DNA of 64,000 nucleotides, taken from a candidate division WWE3 bacterium UBA1401. GTDB taxonomy: Bacteria; Patescibacteriota; WWE3; UBA101185; UBA10185. A program made the translations under genes and the position numbers. Positions 44,942 through 55,139 of this stretch are shown piece by piece. How positions within the stretch are numbered: the stretch's first letter is position 1; every line of letters starts with the position of its first letter. Under the pieces are notes generated by a model, which did no database searches, was not told the DNA's origin, and saw nothing but the letters and a program-made list of their open reading frames with translations. Location: positions 437,767 through 501,766 of the forward strand of contig DBQF01000001.1 in NCBI GenBank assembly GCA_002305115.1, in the 5' to 3' direction.

Positions 44942-45820
44942 ATGGCTACGATATATACACACATCGATGATAACAAACGCGACAGCACCCTGCTCATCGC
45001 AATCTTCATCTCCTTTATTGCACTAATCGGCTGGTTTCTAGGCGAATACTTTGCAGATGGCAGCGGCCTTGCTTTTTTGGGCTTTGCACTAATCTTTTCC
45101 GGCATTTCCACATATATAAGCTACTACAATTCAGACAAAATCATACTTGCCGTTTCCAAAGCCCATCCAGTTACAAGAGAAGAAAATCCATACCTTTACA
45201 ACATTATTGAAAACCTGTCTATTGGTTCTGGTCTTCCTATGCCTAAAGTCTATATGATAGAAGACTCCGCAATGAATGCCTTTGCTACCGGCAGAGACCC
45301 TGAGCATTCAATTATTTGTTTCACCCGGGGTATAGTAGACAGGCTAGACAAGCTGGAGCTGGAAGGTGTTGCTGCCCATGAACTTTCTCATATAGGTAAC
45401 TATGACATCAGGTTATTATCTCTTGTAAGCGTGTTAGTAGGGTCTATAACCCTAGTTTCAGACTTTTTCTTAAGAGGCTATTTTAGAGGGCGTCGTAGAC
45501 GAGATTCTTCTTCTGGGATTATATTTGTAGTTGGTATAATCTTTATCATTCTAAGCCCAATAATTGCTGCTTTGATAAAACTAGCTTTAAGTAGACACCG
45601 AGAGTATTTAGCAGACTCTACTGCGGCACTACTTACGCGCTATCCAGATGGCTTAGCCAATGCCTTAAGGAAGTTAGCAGCAGACAAAGAAGTTTTAGAA
45701 GCAGCAAATGGCGCGACTGCGCATTTGTATATAGTTAATCCGTTTAAGGGCGGGTTTAAAAATTTATTTGAAACCCATCCGCCGATAGAAGAACGTATTA
45801 AGAGATTAGTGGAAATGTAA
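44942..45820 (+). CDS. htpX: M48-family zinc metalloprotease HtpX
   Basis: HELSHIGNYD (HExxH), four TM segments, and a C-terminal THPPIEERI. Confidence 0.9.
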   Translation: MATIYTHIDDNKRDSTLLIAIFISFIALIGWFLGEYFADGSGLAFLGFALIFSGISTYISYYNSDKIILAVSKAHPVTREENPYLYNIIENLSIGSGLPMPKVYMIEDSAMNAFATGRDPEHSIICFTRGIVDRLDKLELEGVAAHELSHIGNYDIRLLSLVSVLVGSITLVSDFFLRGYFRGRRRRDSSSGIIFVVGIIFIILSPIIAALIKLALSRHREYLADSTAALLTRYPDGLANALRKLAADKEVLEAANGATAHLYIVNPFKGGFKNLFETHPPIEERIKRLVEM

Positions 45821-45823
45821 GTT

Positions 45824-46117
45824 ATGGCAATAACAAAAGATCAAGTACAACATATAGCAAAACTGGTAAAACTTAACCTTCCTGCAAAAGAGCTGGAAAA
45901 GTATGCGCTTTTGTTTTCGGATACACTAGACTACATCCAAATGCTCACAGAGATCGATACAGCACAAGTTGCGCCGACTTATCAGGTAACCGGGCTGAGT
46001 GCTATTTTTATGCAAGACGATGAAAGCCGAAATATGTTAACTCAAGAAGAAGCATTGAGCAACGCTGCTAAAATTGTAGATGGCAAAATTGCCACGGAAG
46101 CGGTTTTTGAAAGATAA
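45824..46117 (+). CDS. gatC: Asp/Glu-tRNA amidotransferase subunit C
   Basis: 97 aa with ITKDQVQHIAKLVKLNL and the position before gatA. Confidence 0.85.
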   Translation: MAITKDQVQHIAKLVKLNLPAKELEKYALLFSDTLDYIQMLTEIDTAQVAPTYQVTGLSAIFMQDDESRNMLTQEEALSNAAKIVDGKIATEAVFER

Positions 46118-46118
46118 C

Positions 46119-47561
46119 ATGCCAAAACTTAATGAGCTTAATTTATCTGAAGCATTAGAACAACTAAGAAGCGAACAAATCACTAGCCTCGATCTGGTAC
46201 AGGCTTGTTTTGCGCAAATTCGTAAAACTGACCCTGAACTTCAGGTATTTATCACACTTGTGGAAGAGCAGGCGCTTGAACAGGCTAGAACTGCTGATAA
46301 GCTTATTCACCAAGAAGGTGAGGCCGCGTTTATAAAGCAACCACTGCTTGGTGTTCCTTATGCCTGCAAAGATAATTTCTGTACCAAAGGCATCCAAACA
46401 ACTGCCAGTTCTAACATCTTGCGTGACTTTATCCCGCCCTATGAATCTACAGTTACAGCTAAGCTTAAAGAAGCGGGCGCTATTCTGCTTGGTAAAACCA
46501 ATATGGATTCTTTTGCGCATGGCTCATCTACAGAAACATCTGATTTCTTCACAACTAAAAATCCGTGGGACACCTCCCGAGTACCTGGCGGCTCCTCGGG
46601 TGGTTCAGCAGCGGCTGTGGTCTCGCATATGTGTATATTTGCTATTGGAAGTGAAACCGGCGGTAGTATACGAGGCCCCGCATCCTGGTGTGGGTTAACT
46701 GGCCTTAAGCCTTCGTATGGTAGGGTAAGCAGATATGGGCTTATTGCTATGGCCTCTTCTACCGATAGCCCGGGTCCTATTACTAAGAGTGCTGCAGATG
46801 CGGCAATTATTTTACAAGTGTTAGCAGGAAAAGACCCTTTTGATGCCACAACTTTAAATGCTCAAGTTGATGATTATTTCGATAATATAATGCAATTTGC
46901 TATTAAGGGTTTGAAAATCGGTAAGCCTAAGTCTTATTTTGGGCTAGATTTGCAGCCAGGGCTGCGTGCCGTTTTAGACGAGGCGGTTGTTCACTTTGAA
47001 AAACTGGGAGCTGAGATAGTAGAAGTGGATTTAATGGATCCTAAGTACTCCATTGCTGTATATACTATTTTACAGCGGTCGGAAGTATCTTCTAACCTCG
47101 CCAGGTTTGACGGTATTCGCTATGGTCACTCCAGAGACGCTTTTAATTTCGAAAATAAAAAACGCATGATGCTTGGCGCATATGCCCTAAGTTCGGGCTA
47201 TTACGATCAGTACTATTCCAAAGCTCAAAAGGTTCGCACGCTTATTGTGGAAGACTTTGAAAGAGCTTTTCAAAAAGTTGATGTTCTGATTGGCCCTACT
47301 ATGCCATGTGTGGCATTAAAAATAGGCGAAAGTGCCAATTCTCCTATGTTTGGGGAAATGATGGATGTGTTAACAGAGCCTAGTACCATTGCTGGGCTTA
47401 CAGGAATAACATTCCCGTGCGGTTATGTAGATAGCTTGCCGGTTGGTATGCAAGTTATTGGACCAGCTCTTTCCGAAAGTACAGTTCTTGGTGTAGTTAA
47501 TACTTATCAGAATGCTACTAACTATCACAAAAAATTTCCTAATTTGGAGAGTCTAACATGA
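46119..47561 (+). CDS. gatA: Asp/Glu-tRNA amidotransferase subunit A
   Basis: Amidase signature GGSSGGSAAAV...GSETGGSIRGPA. Start at ATG 46119, just after the gatC stop; the track start at 46080 lies inside gatC. Confidence 0.95.
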   Translation: MPKLNELNLSEALEQLRSEQITSLDLVQACFAQIRKTDPELQVFITLVEEQALEQARTADKLIHQEGEAAFIKQPLLGVPYACKDNFCTKGIQTTASSNILRDFIPPYESTVTAKLKEAGAILLGKTNMDSFAHGSSTETSDFFTTKNPWDTSRVPGGSSGGSAAAVVSHMCIFAIGSETGGSIRGPASWCGLTGLKPSYGRVSRYGLIAMASSTDSPGPITKSAADAAIILQVLAGKDPFDATTLNAQVDDYFDNIMQFAIKGLKIGKPKSYFGLDLQPGLRAVLDEAVVHFEKLGAEIVEVDLMDPKYSIAVYTILQRSEVSSNLARFDGIRYGHSRDAFNFENKKRMMLGAYALSSGYYDQYYSKAQKVRTLIVEDFERAFQKVDVLIGPTMPCVALKIGESANSPMFGEMMDVLTEPSTIAGLTGITFPCGYVDSLPVGMQVIGPALSESTVLGVVNTYQNATNYHKKFPNLESLT

Positions 47562-47941
47562 ATTTATTACAATTGTTGTTTGGTAAAAAAGGCTTTAAGA
47601 GACTAGATACTGTGTCTGTAGATAAAATAACCTCGGATTGGCAATCAGTACAAACCCTGATGCAAGGCAAATCCCCCAGCCATCTGAAACAAGCATTGAT
47701 TTCTGCTGATAGATGTTTAGATCATGCTTTAAAAAGTGTAGTTGCTGGTGAGACCATGGGCGAACGGCTTAAAAATGCAAATACAAAATTTGATAGGAAC
47801 CTTTACGATAAAATTTGGAAAGCACACAAAATAAGAAATTCATTAGTGCATGAAGCCGGCTATGAACCTCCTTATTTCATGATTAACGATGCCGTAGAAA
47901 CTTTTAGAAAGGCCTTAGGGGTTTTGGGAATTAAGCTATGA
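47558..47941 (+). CDS. Hypothetical 127-aa protein with HEPN-like RNxxxH motif, inserted between gatA and gatB
   Basis: ATGA overlaps at both ends (47558..47561 and 47938..47941), with SD GGAGAG. All-helical-looking sequence with WKAHKIRNSLVHEAG. Confidence 0.6.
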   Translation: MNLLQLLFGKKGFKRLDTVSVDKITSDWQSVQTLMQGKSPSHLKQALISADRCLDHALKSVVAGETMGERLKNANTKFDRNLYDKIWKAHKIRNSLVHEAGYEPPYFMINDAVETFRKALGVLGIKL

Positions 47942-49242
47942 GCAACTACAGATTAGTACTTGGCCTGGAAATACATTTTCATGTAAAAACAACACGCAAG
48001 ATGTTCTGCGGGTGTTCTGCTGATATTTATGAAGCAGATCCTAATACACATACCTGTCCCACTTGTTTAGGTCTGCCGGGAGCTTTGCCCGTGCCCAATC
48101 TAGAAGCTATTAAGAAAGTTCAGTTGTTAGGGCTGGCTTTGAACTGCGAACTTAATAAAACTTCGCTTTTTGACAGAAAACACTATTTCTATCCCGATTT
48201 ACCTAAAGGCTATCAAATTAGCCAATATAAGTACCCTTTATGTAAAGAAGGCTTTTTGGAATTAGCTTCAGGCAAAAAAATTGAGATTGATCGTATCCAT
48301 ATGGAAGAGGATACAGCGAAGTCTTTCCACGAAGGGCAGTATACACTATTAGATTTTAATAAGTCTGGTATGCCGCTTGGTGAACTGGTGACTAAGCCAG
48401 TGATCACTTCTACCGATGAGGCTGTGGAATTTTCCAAAAAGATGCAGGAGCTTATAAAACTGTTGGGAGTTGGGGATGCCGACATGGAAAAAGGTCAGTT
48501 GCGATTGGAAGCAAATATTTCGTTGCGAACACCGGAGATGGAAGAACAGAGAAGGCTTCCGGATTATAAAGTTGAAATAAAAAACATTAATTCGTTTAAA
48601 TTTATGGAAAATGCTGTTACTGCTGAAATGATTAGACAGCAGGAGTTGTTGGAAAAAGGGGAAAGAGTAGTTCAGGAAAATCGTGGGTATGATGAGGCCA
48701 CCAAGACTACTGTACCGCAAAGAGAAAAAGAAGAAGCACACGACTACCGCTATTTTCCGGAACCAGACATACCTCCTATGTTGTTTTCGGAAGAATATGT
48801 TACAGAGCTTAAAAAGCAGATCCCGGAATTGCCTGAGCAGATTGAACGGAGATTGGTGCGAACATACTCATTGACCTCAAAGCAGGCTACTTTCTTTGCC
48901 CACGCCTCAAATGTTGATTTGTTACATAAGCTGGAATCGTTTATTGAAGCTAACATAGACCCGCAAGAAGCAGCAAAAAACCTTATTAACAGGCCTGAGA
49001 CCAGAGAGCTTTCAGCTAATGAGTTTTCCCAAAAGCTTAAAGCCCAGGAAGCTAGAATAACTGATGAAAGTGTTCTCACTCCGTATGTACAAGAGGTTAT
49101 TGATGAGTATGGTGAAGTTGTTGTGGATTACCGTAACGGGAAAGAAAACTCAATTGAATTCTTAGTAGGTATGGTCATGAGAAAAACAAAAGGTAAAGCT
49201 GACGCTGAAGTCTCCAGAAAACTGTTGAAGAGCATGCTATGA
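47938..49242 (+). CDS. gatB: Asp/Glu-tRNA amidotransferase subunit B
   Basis: LGLEIHFHV, CPTCLGLPGALP, and C-terminal YqeY-like FLVGMVMRKTKGKAD. Confidence 0.95.
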   Translation: MSNYRLVLGLEIHFHVKTTRKMFCGCSADIYEADPNTHTCPTCLGLPGALPVPNLEAIKKVQLLGLALNCELNKTSLFDRKHYFYPDLPKGYQISQYKYPLCKEGFLELASGKKIEIDRIHMEEDTAKSFHEGQYTLLDFNKSGMPLGELVTKPVITSTDEAVEFSKKMQELIKLLGVGDADMEKGQLRLEANISLRTPEMEEQRRLPDYKVEIKNINSFKFMENAVTAEMIRQQELLEKGERVVQENRGYDEATKTTVPQREKEEAHDYRYFPEPDIPPMLFSEEYVTELKKQIPELPEQIERRLVRTYSLTSKQATFFAHASNVDLLHKLESFIEANIDPQEAAKNLINRPETRELSANEFSQKLKAQEARITDESVLTPYVQEVIDEYGEVVVDYRNGKENSIEFLVGMVMRKTKGKADAEVSRKLLKSML

Positions 49243-49249
49243 TAGTTTC

Positions 49250-51079
49250 GTGCCCGAATTAAACTTTTCAGTAGACAAACCTGAATATACTTACATAACT
49301 ACTCCTGATGAGGCTAATAGAGCATTAGAGGAGTTGGAAAAAGAGCCTATTTTAGGAGTAGACGTTGAGTCTACCGGAACAGAACCTTATACAGAAAAGT
49401 TGCTGCTAGTGCAGGTTGGCAGCGAGACTAAATCATATATCTTTGATGCTAGAAAACTGGACCTGAAAGACCTTCCGAGGTTTAAAGCACTGTTAGAAAA
49501 CCCCAAGACTATAAAATTAACACATAACGGCAAATTTGATTATAAGATGATTAAAGCCCAGACAGGCGTAGCTATGGATAATCTCTATGATTCTATGCTT
49601 GCAGAGGGTATTTTGACTGCTGGTTTAGGGAGCGGTCTGTATTCGTTAAAAGGATTGGTAAAACAATATTTAGACTTGACTCTTAAAAAAGATGTTCGGG
49701 AAACATTTGAGGGTTATACTGGCAAGGTTACCGAGGAACAGCTTATATATTCCGCACTCGACACGCTTGTTTTGTTTCCGGTATTTCGCGAACAATTTAG
49801 AAAACTGCAAAAAGAGAATCTTACCAATGTGGCTAAGCTCGAATTTGCCACAACCAGAGTAGTTGGTGATATGGAGCTTAAGGGTGTTTACGTTGATATA
49901 GAAAAGTGGCGCGAAATTATTGATGGTTTGGGCAAGAAGAGGGATGAGTTTGCCAAGCAATTTCAGGATGTAGTGCGCCCTTTCTATGATAATGGCAATC
50001 AGACTGACCTGTTTGGAGATCCTGTGGATGCTATTAATATGAATTCCCCTTCCCAGCTACTTGATCTATTTAATAATAGGCTTGGGATAGAAATTTCATC
50101 CACCGGAGCGTCTGTTCTGGAAAAAATCAATCATCCAGTAGCAAAAGTACTAAGCCAGTATAGAGGTTATGAGAAACTAATTTCTGCATTTGGGGAAAAG
50201 CTATTGTCTCAAATAAATTCGGTTACGCACAGATTACACCCGGATTTTATGCAGTTGGGAGCTGCAACCGGGAGATTCTCGTGTAAAAACCCTAATTTAC
50301 AGCAAATTCCCAGAAATTCCGAAGAAGCCCCATTCAGAGAATGTTTTAACCCCGCACCGGGCTACAAATTAGTTACAGCAGACTATTCATCGTTTGAAAT
50401 GCGTATATTGGCGGATCTTTCGGGTGATGCGAATATGATCAAAGCTTTGACAGAAGGTTTGGATATTCATTCCTATACGGCATCTCTTATGTTTGATAAA
50501 CCCTATTCTAGTGATTTTAAAAAGCTGTACCCAGATCTTAGACAGATAGCAAAACCCATAGGGTTCGGACTTATGTATGGTATGGGCCCCATGGGATTAT
50601 CTGGTCAAATAGGTACCACTCCTGATCAGGCTGAAGACTATATTGAGAAGTACTTTAAGAGTTACCCAAGCGTGCGGGATTTTTTAGATAAAATGGCTAG
50701 AGATGCTGTACGGCAAGGTTGGAGTTCCACACCTGGTGGTAGAAAGCGTTGGTATAACAAGCCCAGCAAAACAGACCCCGAGTACAGGAAAAAGATGTCT
50801 AATATTGAGCGCCAAGCTAAAAATCATCCTATTCAGGGGACTAATGCTGATGCTGTTAAGTACGCATTAGTGTTTTTGAGTAATAGACTTAAGAAAGAAG
50901 GGGTTGATGGTGCTATTACGCATACGGTACACGATGAAATTGTTTGTGAGATAAGGGAAGATCAGGCTGAGGACTGGGCACATATTCAATCTCAGGAGAT
51001 GGTGAGGGCAGGGGAGTTATTTATTAAGAAGGTGCCAGTGATTTCTGAGCCGTTTGTGGGGGATGTGTGGGAGCACTAA
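49250..51079 (+). CDS. polA: DNA polymerase I, Klenow-like (3'-5' exonuclease plus polymerase domains, no 5' nuclease domain)
   Basis: Exo I ILGVDVESTG, motif A ADYSSFEMRILA, motif B RQIAKPIGFGLMYGMG, and motif C HTVHDEIV. 609 aa. GTG start, so the start is uncertain. Confidence 0.9.
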   Translation: MPELNFSVDKPEYTYITTPDEANRALEELEKEPILGVDVESTGTEPYTEKLLLVQVGSETKSYIFDARKLDLKDLPRFKALLENPKTIKLTHNGKFDYKMIKAQTGVAMDNLYDSMLAEGILTAGLGSGLYSLKGLVKQYLDLTLKKDVRETFEGYTGKVTEEQLIYSALDTLVLFPVFREQFRKLQKENLTNVAKLEFATTRVVGDMELKGVYVDIEKWREIIDGLGKKRDEFAKQFQDVVRPFYDNGNQTDLFGDPVDAINMNSPSQLLDLFNNRLGIEISSTGASVLEKINHPVAKVLSQYRGYEKLISAFGEKLLSQINSVTHRLHPDFMQLGAATGRFSCKNPNLQQIPRNSEEAPFRECFNPAPGYKLVTADYSSFEMRILADLSGDANMIKALTEGLDIHSYTASLMFDKPYSSDFKKLYPDLRQIAKPIGFGLMYGMGPMGLSGQIGTTPDQAEDYIEKYFKSYPSVRDFLDKMARDAVRQGWSSTPGGRKRWYNKPSKTDPEYRKKMSNIERQAKNHPIQGTNADAVKYALVFLSNRLKKEGVDGAITHTVHDEIVCEIREDQAEDWAHIQSQEMVRAGELFIKKVPVISEPFVGDVWEH

Positions 51080-51099
51080 GAAAGCCTCGCCCCCTAAAT

Positions 51100-51131
51100 C
51101 CCCCTCTCCATGGGCATTCATGGAGAGGGGG
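51100..51131 (+). other. Perfect 13-bp G/C-rich hairpin 21 nt after the polA stop, followed by G-runs instead of a U-tract
   Basis: CCCCCTCTCCATG-GGCATT-CATGGAGAGGGGG, then ACAGGGGGTAGGGGGGTATAGGAGGAGAGG. Confidence 0.75.
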
Positions 51132-51272
51132 ACAGGGGGTAGGGGGGTATAGGAGGAGAGGTGTTAATTGCTTCTTTTGTTTTAACAACAATGAATTACC
51201 TTCACTTGTTTTAAAATTCCTTTTAGGAAGGCCAGAAAACATTATCAGATAAATTGCATGAGTGCTAGAAAG

Positions 51273-51281
51273 TGTTAGAAT
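51273..51281 (+). promoter_or_regulatory. Extended -10 box TGTTAGAAT, 7 nt before the clpC-like ATG (leaderless geometry)
   Basis: TAGAAT at 51276..51281, ATG at 51289. Confidence 0.6.
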
Positions 51282-51288
51282 ACAAACC

Positions 51289-53367
51289 ATGGTTATATGT
51301 CATAGGTGTGGTCAAAGACCTGCCGTAATAACAACAAATCAAATAATTAATGGCCGAAGTGTCTATATGCACTTGTGTGAAGTTTGCTATCGGGAGTTGC
51401 AAAAGGAGGCGTCTTCAACATCTGTACTGGATAAATTTGGTAGAGACTTAACACAACTTGCGCGTGACGATAAACTAGACCCTGTTATCGGCCGAAAAGA
51501 TGAAATAGATAGAGTAATTCACATCCTTTCACGAAGAACCAAGAACAACCCGGTTCTTATTGGTGATCCCGGAGTTGGTAAAACTGCTATTGCGGAAGGA
51601 CTTGCCCAAAAAATTGTAGCTGGCCAGGTACCGGAACCCCTTAGAGGTAAAAGGGTATTTGCGCTAGATTTAACTTCTGTTGTTGCTGGAACTACTCACA
51701 GAGGTATGTTTGAGAAAAGGCTCAAAGATATTATAGATGAAGTTGTAAAAGCACAAGGACAAATCATTCTGTTTGTTGATGAGTTACATACTGTAGTAGG
51801 CGCTGGTGCTGCTGAAGGCTCTATTGATGCTGCAAACATCTTAAAGCCTTCTTTAGCTAGAGGAGAACTTCAGATGGTTGGTGCTACAACTGTTGATGAA
51901 TACAGGCAGCACATAGAAAAAGATGCAGCGCTTGAGCGAAGATTCCAGCCGATTATGGTAGAAGAGCCTTCTATTGATGAAACTATCGAGATTATCAAGG
52001 GGTTACGTGAGCGTTATGAAAAACATCACCAGGTGAAAATTACTGATGAAGCTATTGTAGCTGCCGCGAAACTCTCTGATAGATACATCAGCGAACGCTT
52101 CCTCCCCGATAAGGCTATTGACTTGATTGATGAAGCCTGTGCTTTAGTAAGGCTTTCTCAAGTTAAAGAGCCGGTGAACCTAGCTCAAGTTGAGGAGAAG
52201 CTTATAGTTGAAAAAGCTAAGCTTAGAGAAAATCCTAACAACGAAGCTATCAAGAAAGAAATTGATAAGTTGGAGAAGGTAAAGCAGGAATTGGTTGATA
52301 TTTGGACTAAAACTAAGTTGGAAGAAATTCCTGATGTGACGGAGGAAGCTATTGTGAAAGTAGTTTCCAAGGCTCGGGGCATTCCCTTGAACAAGCTGAG
52401 TGTAGAGGAAAAAGACAGACTGTTGAATATGGAGACCATGATTCACCAAAGAATTATTGGCCAGCAACGTGCAGTAGGTGTGGTTTCTGAAGCTATTCGT
52501 AGGGCGCGTGCTGGGCTAAAAGATCCAAAAAGGCCAATAGGCGCTTTCCTGTTCCTAGGGCCTACCGGAGTTGGTAAAACCGAGCTTTCGAAGGCTTTGG
52601 CTGAAGTGCTGTACGGGGATGAGGATATGATTGTTAGGCTAGACATGAGCGAATATATGGAAAAGCACTCGGTAAGTAAAATGCTCGGTGCCCCTCCTGG
52701 TTATATTGGTTATGAGCGAGGTGGTAACCTTACAGAAATTGTAAGAAAGAAGCCGTTTTCGATAATTCTGCTGGATGAGGTTGAAAAGGCTCATCCAGAG
52801 GTTTTTAACACTCTGCTTCAGATCATGGAAGATGGCAGGCTTACCGATAGCAAAGGCAGAACAGTAGATTTCAAGAACACTATCATAATCATGACCTCTA
52901 ATGTAGGTTCTGAATTATTGCGCCGCGCTGATATTGGGTTTGGTGCAAGTTTGCCAAAAACATCTGATGATAGCAAAATGGCCTTTGAGAATAGGGTAAA
53001 GGGGGTTCTTAAAGACACATTCAAGCCGGAGTTCTTGAATAGAATTGATGAAATTGTGATATTCCAGACTCTTACAAGAGAAGAAGTCAGGCACATTGTA
53101 GACAAACTACTCGTGAAAACTCAAGAAAGACTTATGGAGCAGCAGATTTCTTTGTTAGTTGATAAGAAGGCAAAGGAATATTTGCTTGAACACGGCTTTA
53201 GTGAAGAGTATGGTGCAAGGCCGTTAAGAAGGCTAATTCAAAAGGAAATCGAAAATGTGCTGTCTTCAAAGCTTATTTCAGGTGAAGTGCAAAATGGTGA
53301 TACTGTAAAGATTACCAGTTCCAGAGGCGCACTGAAGCTCAAGATTGAAAGTCCTGCGAAAGTATAA
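51289..53367 (+). CDS. clpC: ClpC-type double-AAA+ chaperone with N-terminal McsA-like zinc ribbon instead of the Clp N-domain
   Basis: [13 protein letters not shown]...HLCEVCY, then [23 protein letters not shown]. Two Walker A boxes ([16 protein letters not shown]), a short M-domain, and the ClpP-loop IGF. Start moved from 51262 to 51289. Confidence 0.88.
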   Translation: MVICHRCGQRPAVITTNQIINGRSVYMHLCEVCYRELQKEASSTSVLDKFGRDLTQLARDDKLDPVIGRKDEIDRVIHILSRRTKNNPVLIGDPGVGKTAIAEGLAQKIVAGQVPEPLRGKRVFALDLTSVVAGTTHRGMFEKRLKDIIDEVVKAQGQIILFVDELHTVVGAGAAEGSIDAANILKPSLARGELQMVGATTVDEYRQHIEKDAALERRFQPIMVEEPSIDETIEIIKGLRERYEKHHQVKITDEAIVAAAKLSDRYISERFLPDKAIDLIDEACALVRLSQVKEPVNLAQVEEKLIVEKAKLRENPNNEAIKKEIDKLEKVKQELVDIWTKTKLEEIPDVTEEAIVKVVSKARGIPLNKLSVEEKDRLLNMETMIHQRIIGQQRAVGVVSEAIRRARAGLKDPKRPIGAFLFLGPTGVGKTELSKALAEVLYGDEDMIVRLDMSEYMEKHSVSKMLGAPPGYIGYERGGNLTEIVRKKPFSIILLDEVEKAHPEVFNTLLQIMEDGRLTDSKGRTVDFKNTIIIMTSNVGSELLRRADIGFGASLPKTSDDSKMAFENRVKGVLKDTFKPEFLNRIDEIVIFQTLTREEVRHIVDKLLVKTQERLMEQQISLLVDKKAKEYLLEHGFSEEYGARPLRRLIQKEIENVLSSKLISGEVQNGDTVKITSSRGALKLKIESPAKV

Positions 53368-53411
53368 GAATTGAAATTTTCGCAAATATCTGATAATCTC
53401 TTGGAGTTGCT

Positions 53412-53777
53412 ATGGCTGATCAAATGGAGAAAACACAAGAAAATACAACTGAGGCGGTAAAAGAGCTTCCAAGATTCAATGTGGGTGACACTATTGTAGT
53501 GAATTACCGTATTGTTGAAGGTGATAATGTTCGTGTACAACCATTTGAAGGTATTGTAATCTCCAAGAGAGGTTCAGATAACTCTAAAACCTTTACTGTT
53601 AGAAAGATTGGTGCTGATGGTATTGGTGTTGAGCGTATTTTCCCATTGTTTTCTCCTAATATTGAAAGTATTGATGTAACAAAGCAAGGGCGTGTCCGCA
53701 GAGCAAAGCTTTATTACTTAAGGGGCAAAAAGGGTAGAGCCGCAACCCGTATTAAGGAAGCCCCCGCCAAGGCTTAG
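53412..53777 (+). CDS. rplS: 50S ribosomal protein L19
   Basis: [33 protein letters not shown]...[15 protein letters not shown]. Confidence 0.9.
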   Translation: MADQMEKTQENTTEAVKELPRFNVGDTIVVNYRIVEGDNVRVQPFEGIVISKRGSDNSKTFTVRKIGADGIGVERIFPLFSPNIESIDVTKQGRVRRAKLYYLRGKKGRAATRIKEAPAKA

Positions 53778-54040
53778 GCCTTCATAGTAAATCTTGGCTT
53801 ATTAATTCCGTCTTTTTCTATTATTTCAGACCATGCGCTAGTAGTTCTTATCCAAGGTCCTCCTATGGGGGTATTTATACTTTCATATATTACACACGGT
53901 TCTAATGTTGCTTCCAAAATACCGATAGATATAACTTTGTAAAGGCCGCCCCTGTAGTGTTGCCAAGTACTACCTATGGGAATTTGTTTCTTTGTCTGTT
54001 CAATAACGGAATTTATCTCTTCTGCAGATGATTTAGGCAT
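53774..54040 (-). CDS. DUF1653-like small protein
   Basis: [29 protein letters not shown] matches the DUF1653 pattern from memory. Confidence 0.6.
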   Translation of the reverse strand: MPKSSAEEINSVIEQTKKQIPIGSTWQHYRGGLYKVISIGILEATLEPCVIYESINTPIGGPWIRTTSAWSEIIEKDGINKPRFTMKA

Positions 54041-54049
54041 ATCAAAAGT

Positions 54050-55087
54050 TTAACACTCTTTGGCGGCGAGTTGGCCACAGGCTCCCTCTATATTTATTCC
54101 AAAATCTTGTCTTATAGTATTTTGTATGTGTCTAATGTCTAGTATTTCTTTAAACTTACGTAACTTTTCCTCAGAAACTTGCCTAGACTCTTTACCCGTT
54201 GGGTGATACCTAATTAAATTAACATGATACAAATATGCCTTGTTTCCCCTTTTCCTAATGAGTGTGGCTAAAGCTCTAGCATGATCTTCAGAATCATTAA
54301 TTCCGCCAAGCAGTGTATAGGCTACAAACACTTTCCTATTGGTAACCTGCACATGGTTGTCTAGTGCGTGGAAAACCTGATTAATTGAGTATTGCTTAGT
54401 TATGGGCATAAGTTCTTCCCGTTGCTCATTAAACGGGGTGTGTAGTGAAATGGCTAAATTAACTTGTGGAAACTCCTTTGTTAGTCTTTCAATTCCCGGA
54501 ACTATACCTACAGTAGATATGCTCAGTCTTCTAGGGCTTAGCCCGATCATAGTTTCGTATGTGAAGATATTCAAAGCTTCCCATAAATTTGGGTTAGCAA
54601 ACGGTTCACCCATGCCGCTAAAAAATATAGTCTCAATATCCTCACCGTTTTGCCTAAAATAAAGGTACTGATCCACAATCTCATCCTCGGTTAGGTTTTT
54701 CCTAAAGCCCAAAGCGCCTGTAGCACAAAAGGCACAGCCCATGGCACATCCGCTTTGTGAAGAAATGCACAGCGCGTTGTGCTTATATGGTCTTTGTTTA
54801 TTGGGAAGAAACGTCATTCTTACGGCTTCGATTTTTTCCCCGTCTCTGGTTTCAAAAAGCATTTTTTGTGCTTGAGTATCTTGACTTTGGGTAATAGGCT
54901 TGAGAGTAAGTACCAGGCCTAGGTTTATTTCCAGCTGCTGTCTTAAGTTTTTTGGAAGATTGGAAATTTCGGAATAGCTTTTTATGTTTTCCTTGTAGAT
55001 GGCCTGGAATATCTGATTTTGCCTGTAGTTAGGTAGCTTATTTTGTAGGATTATTTCCGAGATGATTTTGTTTCTGGTTTGATGCAT
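54050..55087 (-). CDS. rlmN: 23S rRNA/tRNA adenine-C2 methyltransferase RlmN (radical SAM)
   Basis: Radical-SAM CAMGCAFCATG, SGMGEPFANP, and C-terminal GACGQL. Confidence 0.9.
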   Translation of the reverse strand: MHQTRNKIISEIILQNKLPNYRQNQIFQAIYKENIKSYSEISNLPKNLRQQLEINLGLVLTLKPITQSQDTQAQKMLFETRDGEKIEAVRMTFLPNKQRPYKHNALCISSQSGCAMGCAFCATGALGFRKNLTEDEIVDQYLYFRQNGEDIETIFFSGMGEPFANPNLWEALNIFTYETMIGLSPRRLSISTVGIVPGIERLTKEFPQVNLAISLHTPFNEQREELMPITKQYSINQVFHALDNHVQVTNRKVFVAYTLLGGINDSEDHARALATLIRKRGNKAYLYHVNLIRYHPTGKESRQVSEEKLRKFKEILDIRHIQNTIRQDFGINIEGACGQLAAKEC

Positions 55088-55096
55088 AACGGTAGT

Positions 55097-55105
55097 ATTT
55101 TAACA
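55097..55105 (-). promoter_or_regulatory. Extended -10 box TGTTAAAAT (minus strand), 9 nt before the rlmN ATG
   Basis: The minus strand reads GTGTTAAAATAC-TACCGTT-ATG. Confidence 0.5.
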
Positions 55106-55139
55106 CTTCCGGTTTTCTTAACCCTTCCTTACACCAATC

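Noticed and set aside
51127-51160. G-runs after the polA hairpin considered as a canonical G-quadruplex.
   Set aside because: There are only three G3-or-longer tracts (G5, G5, G6) plus GG doublets. A fourth G3 tract separated by a loop is missing, so it is not a canonical G4 by the usual pattern.
51242-51268. CIRCE-like site upstream of the clpC-like gene (TTATCAGAT-N9-GAGTGCTAG versus consensus TTAGCACTC-N9-GAGTGCTAA).
   Set aside because: The right half matches 8 of 9 positions but the left half only 5 of 9. The two halves are not inverted repeats of each other (about 4 of 9), so this is probably coincidence.
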